A stretch of 64,000 nt of DNA from an uncultured Verrucomicrobiaceae bacterium (GTDB taxonomy: Bacteria > Pseudomonadota > Gammaproteobacteria > Pseudomonadales > CAMLJR01), in assembly GCA_964500675.1 (NCBI GenBank), contig CAZCNY010000003.1, positions 240,129 through 304,128 of the forward strand, written 5' to 3'. Below the pieces are notes generated by a model that saw only the letters and a list, made by a program, of their open reading frames with translations, did no database searches and was not told the DNA's origin. The first letter of the stretch is position 1, and each line of letters opens with the position of its first letter. This document shows, piece by piece, positions 17,450-26,291 of this stretch. The position numbers and the translations under genes are program-made.

Positions 17450-18481
17450 ATGATGGATGCCGCGACGCAACTTCTGCTGAACCATCTCCGCAATTTGCCC
17501 GGATCGACGCTCTGGTTGGCCGATGAGCAGATCGATCGCGCGGTGATCGCGTCGGCCCCGACGCGTCCAGATCTATTCGCGCTGAGTAATCGCTATGATG
17601 TGGTGGCGGCACTGCGCGCGCGCGGCATCGCGGCAACGCTCAGCGATTTCGATTTGGCGACAGTGCCGCCATTCGCAAGCGCGGTGTTTCGCGTGGCCAA
17701 GGAAAAAGCGGTGGTCCACCATATCATCAATGCGACGCTCGAAAAATTGCCGCCGGGCGGCACATTGACGTTGAGCGGCTACAAAAACGAGGGCGCCAAA
17801 ACCTACTTCGAAAAAGCGGCGATGCGCGCGCGGTGCGAGGTGCGGATCGAACGCGGTAGCGGCGCGCTGCTCGGCGTTATCACGCGCGCTGAAACATTGG
17901 GTGCTGCGCTGGAAGATCAGAATTATGCGCAACCGCGGCAGATGACGGCGGACGGCGATTTCACCGTATGGAGCAAGCCCGGTATTTTTGGCTGGCAAAA
18001 AATCGATGCGGGTTCCGTGTTTCTCGGCGAGCATTTGGCCGAAGTCTGGCCGCGCGCGCCGCAGAGCGTGCTCGATTTAGGTTGCGGTTATGGCTATCTG
18101 ACGATGCACGCTGCGCTGTTATGGCCGGGCGCAAATTTTGTCGCGACCGATAACAACATCGCGGCCACGCAAATTTGCGCGCGCAACATGCAGGAGCGTC
18201 GCATCGATGGCCGTGTTGAGTGCTGCAATTGTGGCGACACGATTCAGAAAACCTTCGATGCGATTCTCTGCAATCCACCATTTCACCAAGGCTTTGCGCA
18301 CGAGAGCGAATTGACCGAAATGTTTTTGCGGCAAACGCAGCGGTTGCTACGGCGCGATGGTCGTGCCATGTTCGTCGTCAATCAATTTATCGCGCTGGAG
18401 AAAATCGCCGAGCCGTTGTTCAAACGCACTGAAATTATCGCGCGCAATAAAAGCTTCAAGCTCATCATGCTGGAGCGCTAG
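17450..18481 (+). CDS. rsmC: 16S rRNA (guanine(1207)-N2)-methyltransferase
   Basis: 343 aa from ATG 17450. The SAM site is VLDLGCGYGYL and the catalytic motif is CNPPFHQG. Confidence 0.85.
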   Translation: MMDAATQLLLNHLRNLPGSTLWLADEQIDRAVIASAPTRPDLFALSNRYDVVAALRARGIAATLSDFDLATVPPFASAVFRVAKEKAVVHHIINATLEKLPPGGTLTLSGYKNEGAKTYFEKAAMRARCEVRIERGSGALLGVITRAETLGAALEDQNYAQPRQMTADGDFTVWSKPGIFGWQKIDAGSVFLGEHLAEVWPRAPQSVLDLGCGYGYLTMHAALLWPGANFVATDNNIAATQICARNMQERRIDGRVECCNCGDTIQKTFDAILCNPPFHQGFAHESELTEMFLRQTQRLLRRDGRAMFVVNQFIALEKIAEPLFKRTEIIARNKSFKLIMLER

Positions 18482-18482
18482 C

Positions 18483-19712
18483 GTGAATGCTGGCTGCAGC
18501 GATCGTGTGCGCGCGGTCTGGCGCGACGAGGCGCTGAGCGGGCATTTCGAGCGATTAACCGAATTGCTCAAAGCGGGCGAACAGTTCTGGCGCCATCACG
18601 CTTTCAAATATTTGCAGTTGCCGTGGGAAAGCGAATTTCCCGAATTGTCGAAGCACCTGCGCGCGTTGTTGCCGGTGGATGCGGAGCGCTTCGCGCGCAA
18701 CGATGCGGCGTTGCGCGCTTCGCTTTGTCAGTATTTGCCGGAGTTGTCTGCGGTGGGAAGCGCCTGTGCAATCGGCGCATTCGATGTCGCACCGCTGCCG
18801 GCGGACGCCGAGCCGCGCGACGTGCCGGGACGCAAATGGCAGCAGATTCGCCACTTCGCACCGTGTGTGCCTGAAAATGAATTTGCGCTGTTGGAGTGGT
18901 GTTCCGGCAAGGCGCATCTCGGACGCATGCTTGCCAAGGGGCGCAATTCATCGATAACCGCACTGGAATACGATGCTGGTCTTGTCGAGGCGGGAAAAAA
19001 ACAAGCGGCGCGCGATCGTGTCGCTATCGATTTTCGCTGTATCGATGTGATGAGCGCCGCAGCGGCCGATGTAATTGGCGAACAGCACAACGCTATCGCG
19101 CTGCATGCGTGCGGTGACTTGCATGTGCGGTTGCTGGCGCTGTGTGCACAAAAAAGAACGCGCACTGTCACGCTCGCGCCGTGTTGCTATCAATTAACTG
19201 GCGATGAAGCGCGCTATACCGTTTCGCAGGCGGCGCGGGTCAGCGGTTTGCGCTTGCAGCGCGATGATCTGCGCACCGCTGTGCACGGCACCGTCACCGC
19301 CGCACCGAGAGAAAGTCGCGCGCGCGAACAATTGCAGGCATGGCGCCTCGGTTTCGATGTGTTGCAGCGCGAGGTGCGAGGGTGCGATGAATACCTGCCG
19401 ACGCCTTCGTTATCGGTGAATGCGCTGAAAGCTGGCTTCGCCACATTTTGTTGCACGCTTGCGGAAATGAAACAAATTAAATTGCCGGACACAGCTGACT
19501 ATCTTCGCTATGAGCGCGCGGGCTACGAGCGTCTGCGCGAAGTCACGGCGCTCGACTTGCCGCGCCTTGCATTCCGGCGCGCGCTGGAGTTGTGGCTGGC
19601 GCTGGATCGCGCCGCGTTCTTGCGCGAGCAGGGTTATGCAGTGACTCTGGGAATGTTCTGCGGGCGCAAATTGACGCCGCGCAACATCCTTATACGGGCG
19701 GAGCGGCGATAG
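18483..19712 (+). CDS. SAM-dependent methyltransferase-like protein of unknown target (Methyltransf_32-like)
   Basis: GTG 18483 lies 1 nt after the rsmC stop. LLEWCSGKAHLGRMLA...ALEYD...ALHACGDLH matches the pattern of this uncharacterised methyltransferase family. The track's upstream start at 18357 would overlap rsmC. Confidence 0.55.
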   Translation: MNAGCSDRVRAVWRDEALSGHFERLTELLKAGEQFWRHHAFKYLQLPWESEFPELSKHLRALLPVDAERFARNDAALRASLCQYLPELSAVGSACAIGAFDVAPLPADAEPRDVPGRKWQQIRHFAPCVPENEFALLEWCSGKAHLGRMLAKGRNSSITALEYDAGLVEAGKKQAARDRVAIDFRCIDVMSAAAADVIGEQHNAIALHACGDLHVRLLALCAQKRTRTVTLAPCCYQLTGDEARYTVSQAARVSGLRLQRDDLRTAVHGTVTAAPRESRAREQLQAWRLGFDVLQREVRGCDEYLPTPSLSVNALKAGFATFCCTLAEMKQIKLPDTADYLRYERAGYERLREVTALDLPRLAFRRALELWLALDRAAFLREQGYAVTLGMFCGRKLTPRNILIRAERR

Positions 19713-19841
19713 ACTTGGCCGTCTAATGATTAGACGCTTACTCGGTATCGATTGCTTGCGCTCGCGCAAACATTTTTCGATCAGGTCGAAGTAAGATCGC
19801 CCAGCTATAATTCGCGCTCGCTCGGACTTTGATGCTCACTT

Positions 19842-20756
19842 ATGCCGATATCGACCACCAAGCTTGTTCTCATTGCGGTATTCGTCGCCTCGGCGGTGTA
19901 CGTGCATTATCGCGGGCGCGTGCGCCATAAGTTCTGGCGCCAGGCATCCGATCATTCGACGCTGATGGCGCCGGTCAACGCATTCATGTACCTGTTCTCG
20001 CGCGTGCCGACCACGCCGTTCGTCGATGTCGCCCGGTTTCCAACCCTGCAAATCCTCGATGCCAACTGGCGCGACATCCGCGAGGAGGCGACGGCGTTGA
20101 TGCGCGCAGGGCAGGTTAAGGCTTCGGATCAGTACAACGATGTCGGCTTTAACTCGTTTTTTAAAAGCGGTTGGAAGCGCTTCTATTTGAAGTGGTACGA
20201 CGACAGTCATCCCTCGGCCAAGGCGCTGTGCCCGAAAACCGTGGCGCTGCTTCAACAGATTCCCGAAGTGAAGGCGGCGATGTTCACGGAATTGCCGCCG
20301 GGCAGCCGGCTCGTGCGCCATCGCGATCCTTACGCGGGTTCGTTGCGCTATCATCTCGGACTCGTCACGCCGAATGCCGAAGGTTGCTACATCGATGTCG
20401 ACGGCGAGCGCTACGCGTGGCGCGACGGCGAAAGTGTGATGTTCGACGAGACGTACATTCACTACGCCGAAAATACCACGCAGCAAGACCGCCTGATTTT
20501 ATTTTGCGATATCGAGCGTCCGCTCAAATACCGTTGGGCGCAGGCTTTCAATCATTGCTTCGGCCGCTATGTAGTAGCGGCGGCGTCGTCGCCGAATGCC
20601 GACAGCGATCGTACGGGCGGCATCAATAAAGTCTTCAAATACCTGTACGCGATACGTCAGTACGGTAAGCGTTTAAAAAAATGGAATCGACACGTCTATT
20701 ATGCGGTGAAATGGCTGTTATTCGGAGCAATAGCTGCTTTACTGATTTTTGCCTGA
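19842..20756 (+). CDS. lpxO: aspartyl/asparaginyl beta-hydroxylase family dioxygenase, LpxO-like lipid A hydroxylase
   Basis: 304 aa with an N-terminal TM helix and a C-terminal TM helix. Motifs include NDVGFNSFFKSGWKRFYLKWY, LVRHRDPYAGSLRYHLGL and MFDETYIHYAEN. Confidence 0.85.
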   Translation: MPISTTKLVLIAVFVASAVYVHYRGRVRHKFWRQASDHSTLMAPVNAFMYLFSRVPTTPFVDVARFPTLQILDANWRDIREEATALMRAGQVKASDQYNDVGFNSFFKSGWKRFYLKWYDDSHPSAKALCPKTVALLQQIPEVKAAMFTELPPGSRLVRHRDPYAGSLRYHLGLVTPNAEGCYIDVDGERYAWRDGESVMFDETYIHYAENTTQQDRLILFCDIERPLKYRWAQAFNHCFGRYVVAAASSPNADSDRTGGINKVFKYLYAIRQYGKRLKKWNRHVYYAVKWLLFGAIAALLIFA

Positions 20757-20817
20757 TTTAAAAATTGTGATATCGATGCACAATAAATTCAAATAGCTCA
20801 ATTGTGTGGAGAACATG

Positions 20818-21069
20818 ATGTCAGTCGAAAGCAAGGTGCGCGCATACATCGCCGAGAATTTTTTGTTTGCCAGCGACACCGTCGATCTGCCCAACGATGC
20901 CTCGTTTCTCGATATGGGCATCATCGATTCCACGGGTATTCTCGAAATTATCTTTTTTATCGAAGAAGAATTTGGCATCAAGGTGCAGGATCACGAAATG
21001 CTGCCCGAAAATCTCGATTCGGTGAACAACATCACGCGCTTTGTCGAAGCGCGGCAGCACGCAAAATGA
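20818..21069 (+). CDS. stand-alone acyl/peptidyl carrier protein
   Basis: GGAG at 20808-20811. The phosphopantetheine site is LDMGIIDSTGILEII. Its stop overlaps the ligase ATG (ATGA). Confidence 0.85.
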   Translation: MSVESKVRAYIAENFLFASDTVDLPNDASFLDMGIIDSTGILEIIFFIEEEFGIKVQDHEMLPENLDSVNNITRFVEARQHAK

Positions 21070-22649
21070 CAGCGCAGCGTCTACTGCACGATAGTTTGTT
21101 TGCCAGCGCGGCGGAATTTTCCGGCAAAAATGCGCTCGTCATCGAGGGTCATCCACACACGTATGCGCAATTGCAGGATGCAACGCTGCGACTGGCCGCG
21201 GCATTGCGCACACGCGGATTGCAGCGTGGCGATCGCGTGGCGATTTACATGGACAACACGTGGCCCTGCGTGGTGTCGATCTTTGCGACGCTGGCGGCCG
21301 GCGGCGTTTTTCTCGTTATCAACCCGCAGACCAAGGCCGATAAACTCGAATTCATTTTGCGCGATAGCGGCGCCAGAATTTTATTGAGCGACGGCCATCT
21401 CGCGCCCGTATTGACACCGGTATTAAAAGAGATCGATTTGCTGCAAGCGGTCATTTGCTCGGGCAAAGCTTTCGCGACCGATGTCGCCGTCGAAGCGTTC
21501 GATGACGTGGTCGCCGCAGCGGAACCGATGGCGCCCGCGCGCGACATCATTCCGCTCGATCTCGCGGCGTTGATTTACACATCGGGCAGCACGGGCAATC
21601 CGAAGGGCGTGATGCAGACACATCAGTCGATGGTGTTTGCGGCCGGCAGCTTGATCGAATATCTACGCCTCGGCGCGCACGATAAAATTTTGTGCGTTCT
21701 ACCCGTCGCATTCGATTACGGCTTGTATCAATTGCTGATGGCGATCCGTCTTGGCGCGACGCTCGTGCTCGAACGCTCATTCACTTATCCCGCGCAAATT
21801 TTTGCGCGCATGCACGAGCAGGGCGTGACGGTATTTCCGGGCGTGCCGACGATTTTCGCGATGCTGCTATCGACGCATAGCCGCAGCCCGCTGCAATTTC
21901 CCGCAGTTACGCGCGTGACGAATACCGCGGCGGCGCTGCCCGACGATTTTGTCGTGCGCCTGCGCGAAATTTTTCCAAATGCGTTGATCTACAAAATGTA
22001 CGGCCTCACCGAGTGCAAGCGTGTGAGTTATCTCGAACCTGAGCTGGCCGACAGCAAACCCGGTTCGGTGGGCAAAGCGATTCCGGGCACCGAGGTGTAT
22101 TTGTTGTCGCCCGAAGGCGAGCCGGTGCCTCGGGGTGAAAGCGGCATTTTGTATGTGCGCGGTCCGCACGTAATGGTGGGGTATTGGAATCGTCCCGATC
22201 TCAGCGGACACATGCTCAAACCCGGCAAACTGCCGGGCGAGCGCGTGTTGTGCACGCAGGATTTTTTTCGCATGGATGCGGAAGGTTTTTTGTATTTCGT
22301 CGGCCGCAGCGACGACATCATCAAAACGCGCGGTGAAAAAGTCAGCCCTGCTGAAGTTGAGAATGTACTTCATGGCATCCCCGGTGTGCGCGAAGCGGCT
22401 GTGATCGGTATTCCCGACGAATTGCTCGGGCAGGCGATCAAGGCGTTCATCGTGCGGGAGCCTTCAGCGCAATTGACCGATAAACAGATTCGTTTGCAGG
22501 CCGCCGCGAAATTGGAAAATTTCATGGTGCCGAAGGAAATTGTTTTCTGCGACGATTTGCCGAAGACGGCGACGGGGAAGGTCAGCAAAAAACTGCTGCT
22601 GGAACAAAAAGAATCGGTGTCGGAACAAAAAGAATCAGGGTCGAAATAA
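21066..22649 (+). CDS. AMP-forming acyl-CoA/acyl-carrier-protein ligase (adenylate-forming enzyme)
   Basis: LIYTSGSTGNPKGV, YGLTE, GRSDDIIKTRGEKVSPAEVE and PKTATGKVSKK are present. The true start is ATG 21066 (MTAQRLL); the track's extension to 20802 overlaps the carrier-protein gene. Confidence 0.9.
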   Translation: MTAQRLLHDSLFASAAEFSGKNALVIEGHPHTYAQLQDATLRLAAALRTRGLQRGDRVAIYMDNTWPCVVSIFATLAAGGVFLVINPQTKADKLEFILRDSGARILLSDGHLAPVLTPVLKEIDLLQAVICSGKAFATDVAVEAFDDVVAAAEPMAPARDIIPLDLAALIYTSGSTGNPKGVMQTHQSMVFAAGSLIEYLRLGAHDKILCVLPVAFDYGLYQLLMAIRLGATLVLERSFTYPAQIFARMHEQGVTVFPGVPTIFAMLLSTHSRSPLQFPAVTRVTNTAAALPDDFVVRLREIFPNALIYKMYGLTECKRVSYLEPELADSKPGSVGKAIPGTEVYLLSPEGEPVPRGESGILYVRGPHVMVGYWNRPDLSGHMLKPGKLPGERVLCTQDFFRMDAEGFLYFVGRSDDIIKTRGEKVSPAEVENVLHGIPGVREAAVIGIPDELLGQAIKAFIVREPSAQLTDKQIRLQAAAKLENFMVPKEIVFCDDLPKTATGKVSKKLLLEQKESVSEQKESGSK

Positions 22650-22678
22650 AACTAATCAAGGCGGGAGCGAAACGAATC

Positions 22679-23614
22679 ATGAGCGATGCGGCGCTTTACG
22701 AAAATTTGAAAAATCAACTCGCGGCGCAATTGCAGTTTCTGCCCGACAAACCCGAAGAAACACTCGATAGCACCGCGCACGCGCTGTGGCACGCCGCTGC
22801 GGGTGCACCTGTTTCCGCGGAATTGGCGCTGCAAATGCCGCTGGAAATACTCGACGCGAAGCAGCAGCAGCGTTTGCGCGAATTGACGCAGCAGCGCCTC
22901 GATGGCATTCCGCTATCGCATATCACGGGCCGTCAGCATTTCATGGGACTCGAAATGTTGGCGACACCTCAAGCGCTGGTACCGCGCCGCGAAACCGAAT
23001 TGCTCGCGCGCACGGCCATCGACCTGGCGCAGCAAATGGTGGAAGCGGCGCGGCAACTCGGCGCCCAGAAAACAGGTGAACAGCCGCCGCACGTTACTGT
23101 GATCGATGTCTGCACCGGCTCGGGCAACGTTGCGCTCGCGATCGCGCAGCATGTCGCCAATGCGCGAGTGTACGCCGCCGATCTCAGCGAAGATGCGGTG
23201 GCATTGGCGCTACGCAACGCGGTGCATTTGGGATTGACGGCGCGCGCGGAATTTCGCGCGAGCGATTTGCTCGCGGCGTTCGATACGCCAGAGTTTTTGG
23301 GAAAAATCGATTTGCTGACGTGCAATCCCCCCTACATCAGCAGCTCGAAAGTCGAGCAGATGCACAGTGAAATTTCCGCGCACGAACCGCATCTCGCGTT
23401 CGATGGCGGTCCCTTCGGCGTGGCGATTTTGATGCGCCTGCTGCAAGAGGCGCCGCGTTTTGTGCGCAGCGGCGGCTGGCTTGCATTCGAAGTCGGTCTC
23501 GGCCAAGGGCCGGCCATGCTTAAGCGCATGGAAAAAAATTCCGCGTTTGCCGAGGCGCGCGCACTGCGCGATGCGGCCGGCGATGTGCGCGCCATTGCAG
23601 CGCGGATCGCCTAA
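22679..23614 (+). CDS. HemK/PrmC-family N-methyltransferase of unknown substrate
   Basis: GRQHFMGLEMLATPQALVPRRETELL, VIDVCTGSGNVALA and the catalytic CNPPYISS are present. Confidence 0.8.
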   Translation: MSDAALYENLKNQLAAQLQFLPDKPEETLDSTAHALWHAAAGAPVSAELALQMPLEILDAKQQQRLRELTQQRLDGIPLSHITGRQHFMGLEMLATPQALVPRRETELLARTAIDLAQQMVEAARQLGAQKTGEQPPHVTVIDVCTGSGNVALAIAQHVANARVYAADLSEDAVALALRNAVHLGLTARAEFRASDLLAAFDTPEFLGKIDLLTCNPPYISSSKVEQMHSEISAHEPHLAFDGGPFGVAILMRLLQEAPRFVRSGGWLAFEVGLGQGPAMLKRMEKNSAFAEARALRDAAGDVRAIAARIA

Positions 23615-24870
23615 TGGAGCCTCTGCGCAAATTGCGCGGCATGCTGCCGTATCTGATCGCGATGTTCATGAATGCCTTCGTCGATCTCGGTCACAAAATC
23701 GTTATCCAAAATACCGTGTTCAAAATTTACGACGGCAATCGTCAGGTCGTGCTCACGGCGATCGTCAACGGTTTGATCCTGCTGCCGTATATCGCATTGT
23801 TCAGTCCCGCGGGTTTTATCTCGGATCGCTTCGCGAAAAATCGCGTGATGCGAATCTCCGCCTGGATTGCGGTGTTGATTACCGCGCTGATTACGCTGTG
23901 CTATTACCAGGGTTGGTTCGTACTGGCGTTTGCGTTGACGCTCGCGCTCGGCGCGCAGGCCGCGATTTATTCGCCGGCGAAATACGGTTATTTAAAACCG
24001 CTCGTTGGCAAGGACCGCTTGGCCGAAGGCAATGGCGCCGTGCAGGCCGTGACCATCGTGGCAATTCTCGCCGGTACCTTCGTATATTCGATTTTATTCG
24101 AGCAGCGTTTCGATCGTTTTGGCGGCGATAACGCGGCGGATATTCTGCGTGCGATCGCACCGCTCGGCTGGTTGCTCGTCATCAACAGTGCGATCGAATT
24201 GTTTTTCACGTATCGCCTGCCGCAGCTTGAAGATGGCGATCCGAGCTTGCGCTTCGTACTCGGCGATTATGCTCGCGGTCGCGTGCTGCGCGGCAATCTT
24301 GCGCCGCTGCGCAAGCGCGCGGTGATTCGCTTATCGATCATCGGGCTCGCGGTATTTTGGGCCGTCAGTCAAGTCATGCTCGCGGCGTTTCCCGCGTTTG
24401 CTAAAGCGTCGCTCGCCATTCACAACACCGTATTGCTGCAGGGCATGTTGGCGACGAGCGGCATCGGCATCATCATCGGTTCGATGCTCGCGGCACATTG
24501 GTCGAAACAGCATATCGAAACCGGTTTGATTCCGGTCGGCGCGCTCGGCATCGCGCTCGGCCTGTCGTGGTTGCCCGCGCTGCACTCGATCGCATTGCAC
24601 TGCGCGAATTTTTTATTTATCGGCGTCATGGGTGGATTGTTCATCGTGCCGCTCAATGCGCTGATTCAATTTCATGCCGGCGAGCACGAGATGGGTCGAG
24701 TGCTCGCCGCCAATAATCTCGTGCAGAACATCGCGATGCTGGGCTTTCTGATTATCACTGCACTTGCCGCAGTGAGCGGCGTCAGCGAGGTGTTGTTACT
24801 GTGGATGATCGCACTCGTGGCGATTATCGGTATGGGGTATACCGTATTCAAATTGCGACGGTCGTGTTAA
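23614..24870 (+). CDS. MFS transporter, LplT-like (lysophospholipid transporter family)
   Basis: Its start overlaps the methyltransferase stop (TAATG). It has about 12 TM helices. NAFVDLGHKIVIQN, SPAGFISDRFAKNRVM and AAIYSPAKYGYL parallel E. coli LplT (ADSFAKGRVM, AAAYSPAKYG). Confidence 0.8.
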   Translation: MEPLRKLRGMLPYLIAMFMNAFVDLGHKIVIQNTVFKIYDGNRQVVLTAIVNGLILLPYIALFSPAGFISDRFAKNRVMRISAWIAVLITALITLCYYQGWFVLAFALTLALGAQAAIYSPAKYGYLKPLVGKDRLAEGNGAVQAVTIVAILAGTFVYSILFEQRFDRFGGDNAADILRAIAPLGWLLVINSAIELFFTYRLPQLEDGDPSLRFVLGDYARGRVLRGNLAPLRKRAVIRLSIIGLAVFWAVSQVMLAAFPAFAKASLAIHNTVLLQGMLATSGIGIIIGSMLAAHWSKQHIETGLIPVGALGIALGLSWLPALHSIALHCANFLFIGVMGGLFIVPLNALIQFHAGEHEMGRVLAANNLVQNIAMLGFLIITALAAVSGVSEVLLLWMIALVAIIGMGYTVFKLRRSC

Positions 24871-24974
24871 TGCCTCTTATCGGCCAATTCCCGTCTTTAA
24901 GTGCAGGCATAAATTGCCGAAATGAACGGCCGCAATATACTTTTCATGTGCCATTGGAAAACCTCTGCCGGTGC

Positions 24975-26012
24975 TTAGATATCGATAACGATCTTGCCGA
25001 TGTGGGTACCCACCTGAAGGTAATGGAAAGCATCAGCCAATCGTTCAAGCGGAAACGTTTTGCCAATCACGGGCTTAATATTATTTGCTTCGATCGCGCG
25101 CACCATATCGATTTGGTCCCGGCGGCTGCCGACAGTTACTGCTTGTAAACAAAGACGCTTGGCTTGAACGATGGCAAATGGCATGGTGTCGATATCGAAA
25201 CCGCCGACTGCGCCGATGATCGCGATATGCCCGCCGGTGCGAGCGGCGACGAAAGACTGACCGATTGTATGCGGACCGCCGACCTCGATCACATGTTCAA
25301 CTCCAATCCCACCCGTTAGCGCCAGCACAGCCTCGCCCCATTTCGGGATCTCGCGGTAATTGATCACATGATCGGCACCTAGCGCTTTTAATTGTTCGAG
25401 CTTTTCAGCACTCGACGATGTAGCGATGACGGTGGCTCCCGCAGCCTTGGCAATCTGCAATGCGAACAGCGAGACACCTCCGCTGCCTTGAACCAGTACG
25501 CGCTCGCCGGGTTTTACCCTGCCGTTGGTAATCAGCGCACGCCACGCGGTGACGCCGACACAGGTGAGCGTAGCACTCTCGGCATGTGTCAGCCCCTTTG
25601 GCGCATGCGTGAAGTGCGTGGCTGGACGCGTGGCGAATTCGCAGGCGAAACCATCGGCCGGCCCGCCGGGCGAATTGCTGAGCTCAGCGCGGTCTATGTG
25701 ATCGCCCAGCCATTTCGGGTGGAAGGTGGAGATAACGGCATCACCGACTTTAAATTCTGTCACACCTTCACCGACTTCAATAACTTCGCCAGCACCATCG
25801 GAGAGCGGGATCAATCCGTCGACGACGGGAAAGAAACCATTAGCGACAAGCCCATCGCGAAAATTCAGAGACGCTGCGCGAATTCGCACTTTGATTTCGT
25901 TGTGACCCGGCGCAGGCGCTTCGGCAGTGTCGAGATAAATATTCTTTAAGCTGGCTGGTTTGCGGACCCGCATCGCTCTCATTCGATAAATCTCCTCGTT
26001 GTTGAGAGCCAC
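24975..26012 (-). CDS. zinc-type alcohol dehydrogenase / quinone oxidoreductase (MDR superfamily)
   Basis: HNEIKVRIRAASLNFRD and the Rossmann motif VLVQGSGGVSLFALQIAK are present. The start may instead be an internal Met at 25982 or 25973. Confidence 0.85.
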   Translation of the reverse strand: MALNNEEIYRMRAMRVRKPASLKNIYLDTAEAPAPGHNEIKVRIRAASLNFRDGLVANGFFPVVDGLIPLSDGAGEVIEVGEGVTEFKVGDAVISTFHPKWLGDHIDRAELSNSPGGPADGFACEFATRPATHFTHAPKGLTHAESATLTCVGVTAWRALITNGRVKPGERVLVQGSGGVSLFALQIAKAAGATVIATSSSAEKLEQLKALGADHVINYREIPKWGEAVLALTGGIGVEHVIEVGGPHTIGQSFVAARTGGHIAIIGAVGGFDIDTMPFAIVQAKRLCLQAVTVGSRRDQIDMVRAIEANNIKPVIGKTFPLERLADAFHYLQVGTHIGKIVIDI

Positions 26013-26291
26013 AAGAAAACTGATGACATAACGTAGCTTAAAACCATGTCAATCTGAAATGGTCTCTTTTCAATTTAAATTTGTCGGATGACTACTATGG
26101 CCCAAGATCAGTCTATCGAAATCTAAATGCGCATGTCCGCTCCTATTCCAGAAACTGACATTGAGTGCGAAAAGGTTGAAAGACCGCAATGGGTCGAAAC
26201 CAGCAACCTGTTTTCCAAGACTTTTTTAACGTAATCGACATCATGCGCTGATCAGCGCTGCGATTAATTTTCAGTGCAACGCCGCTCGGCT

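Noticed and set aside
19836-20486. Long antisense ORFs opposite real genes. Examples are 19836-20486, 28811-29848, 30021-31196, 47181-47933, 49404-50276 and 42092-42697.
   Set aside because: These are typical GC-rich shadow ORFs. Their products are Arg/Ala/His-rich with no motifs, and each lies fully inside a confidently assigned gene on the other strand.
20802-21065. The N-terminal 88-codon extension of the ligase ORF, and likewise 50627-51208 for lipA, 18357-18482 for the methyltransferase-like ORF and 5545-6207 for regA.
   Set aside because: The extensions overlap well-supported upstream genes in another frame, are Arg/His-rich nonsense, and each has a conserved-looking internal start at a stop/start overlap.
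26174-26213. The GGGTCGAAACC segment as a possible tRNA T-arm fragment marking an island junction.
   Set aside because: It forms only a 3-bp T-stem. There is no acceptor or anticodon arm context, no flanking integrase and no direct repeat. It is more simply part of a generic hairpin.
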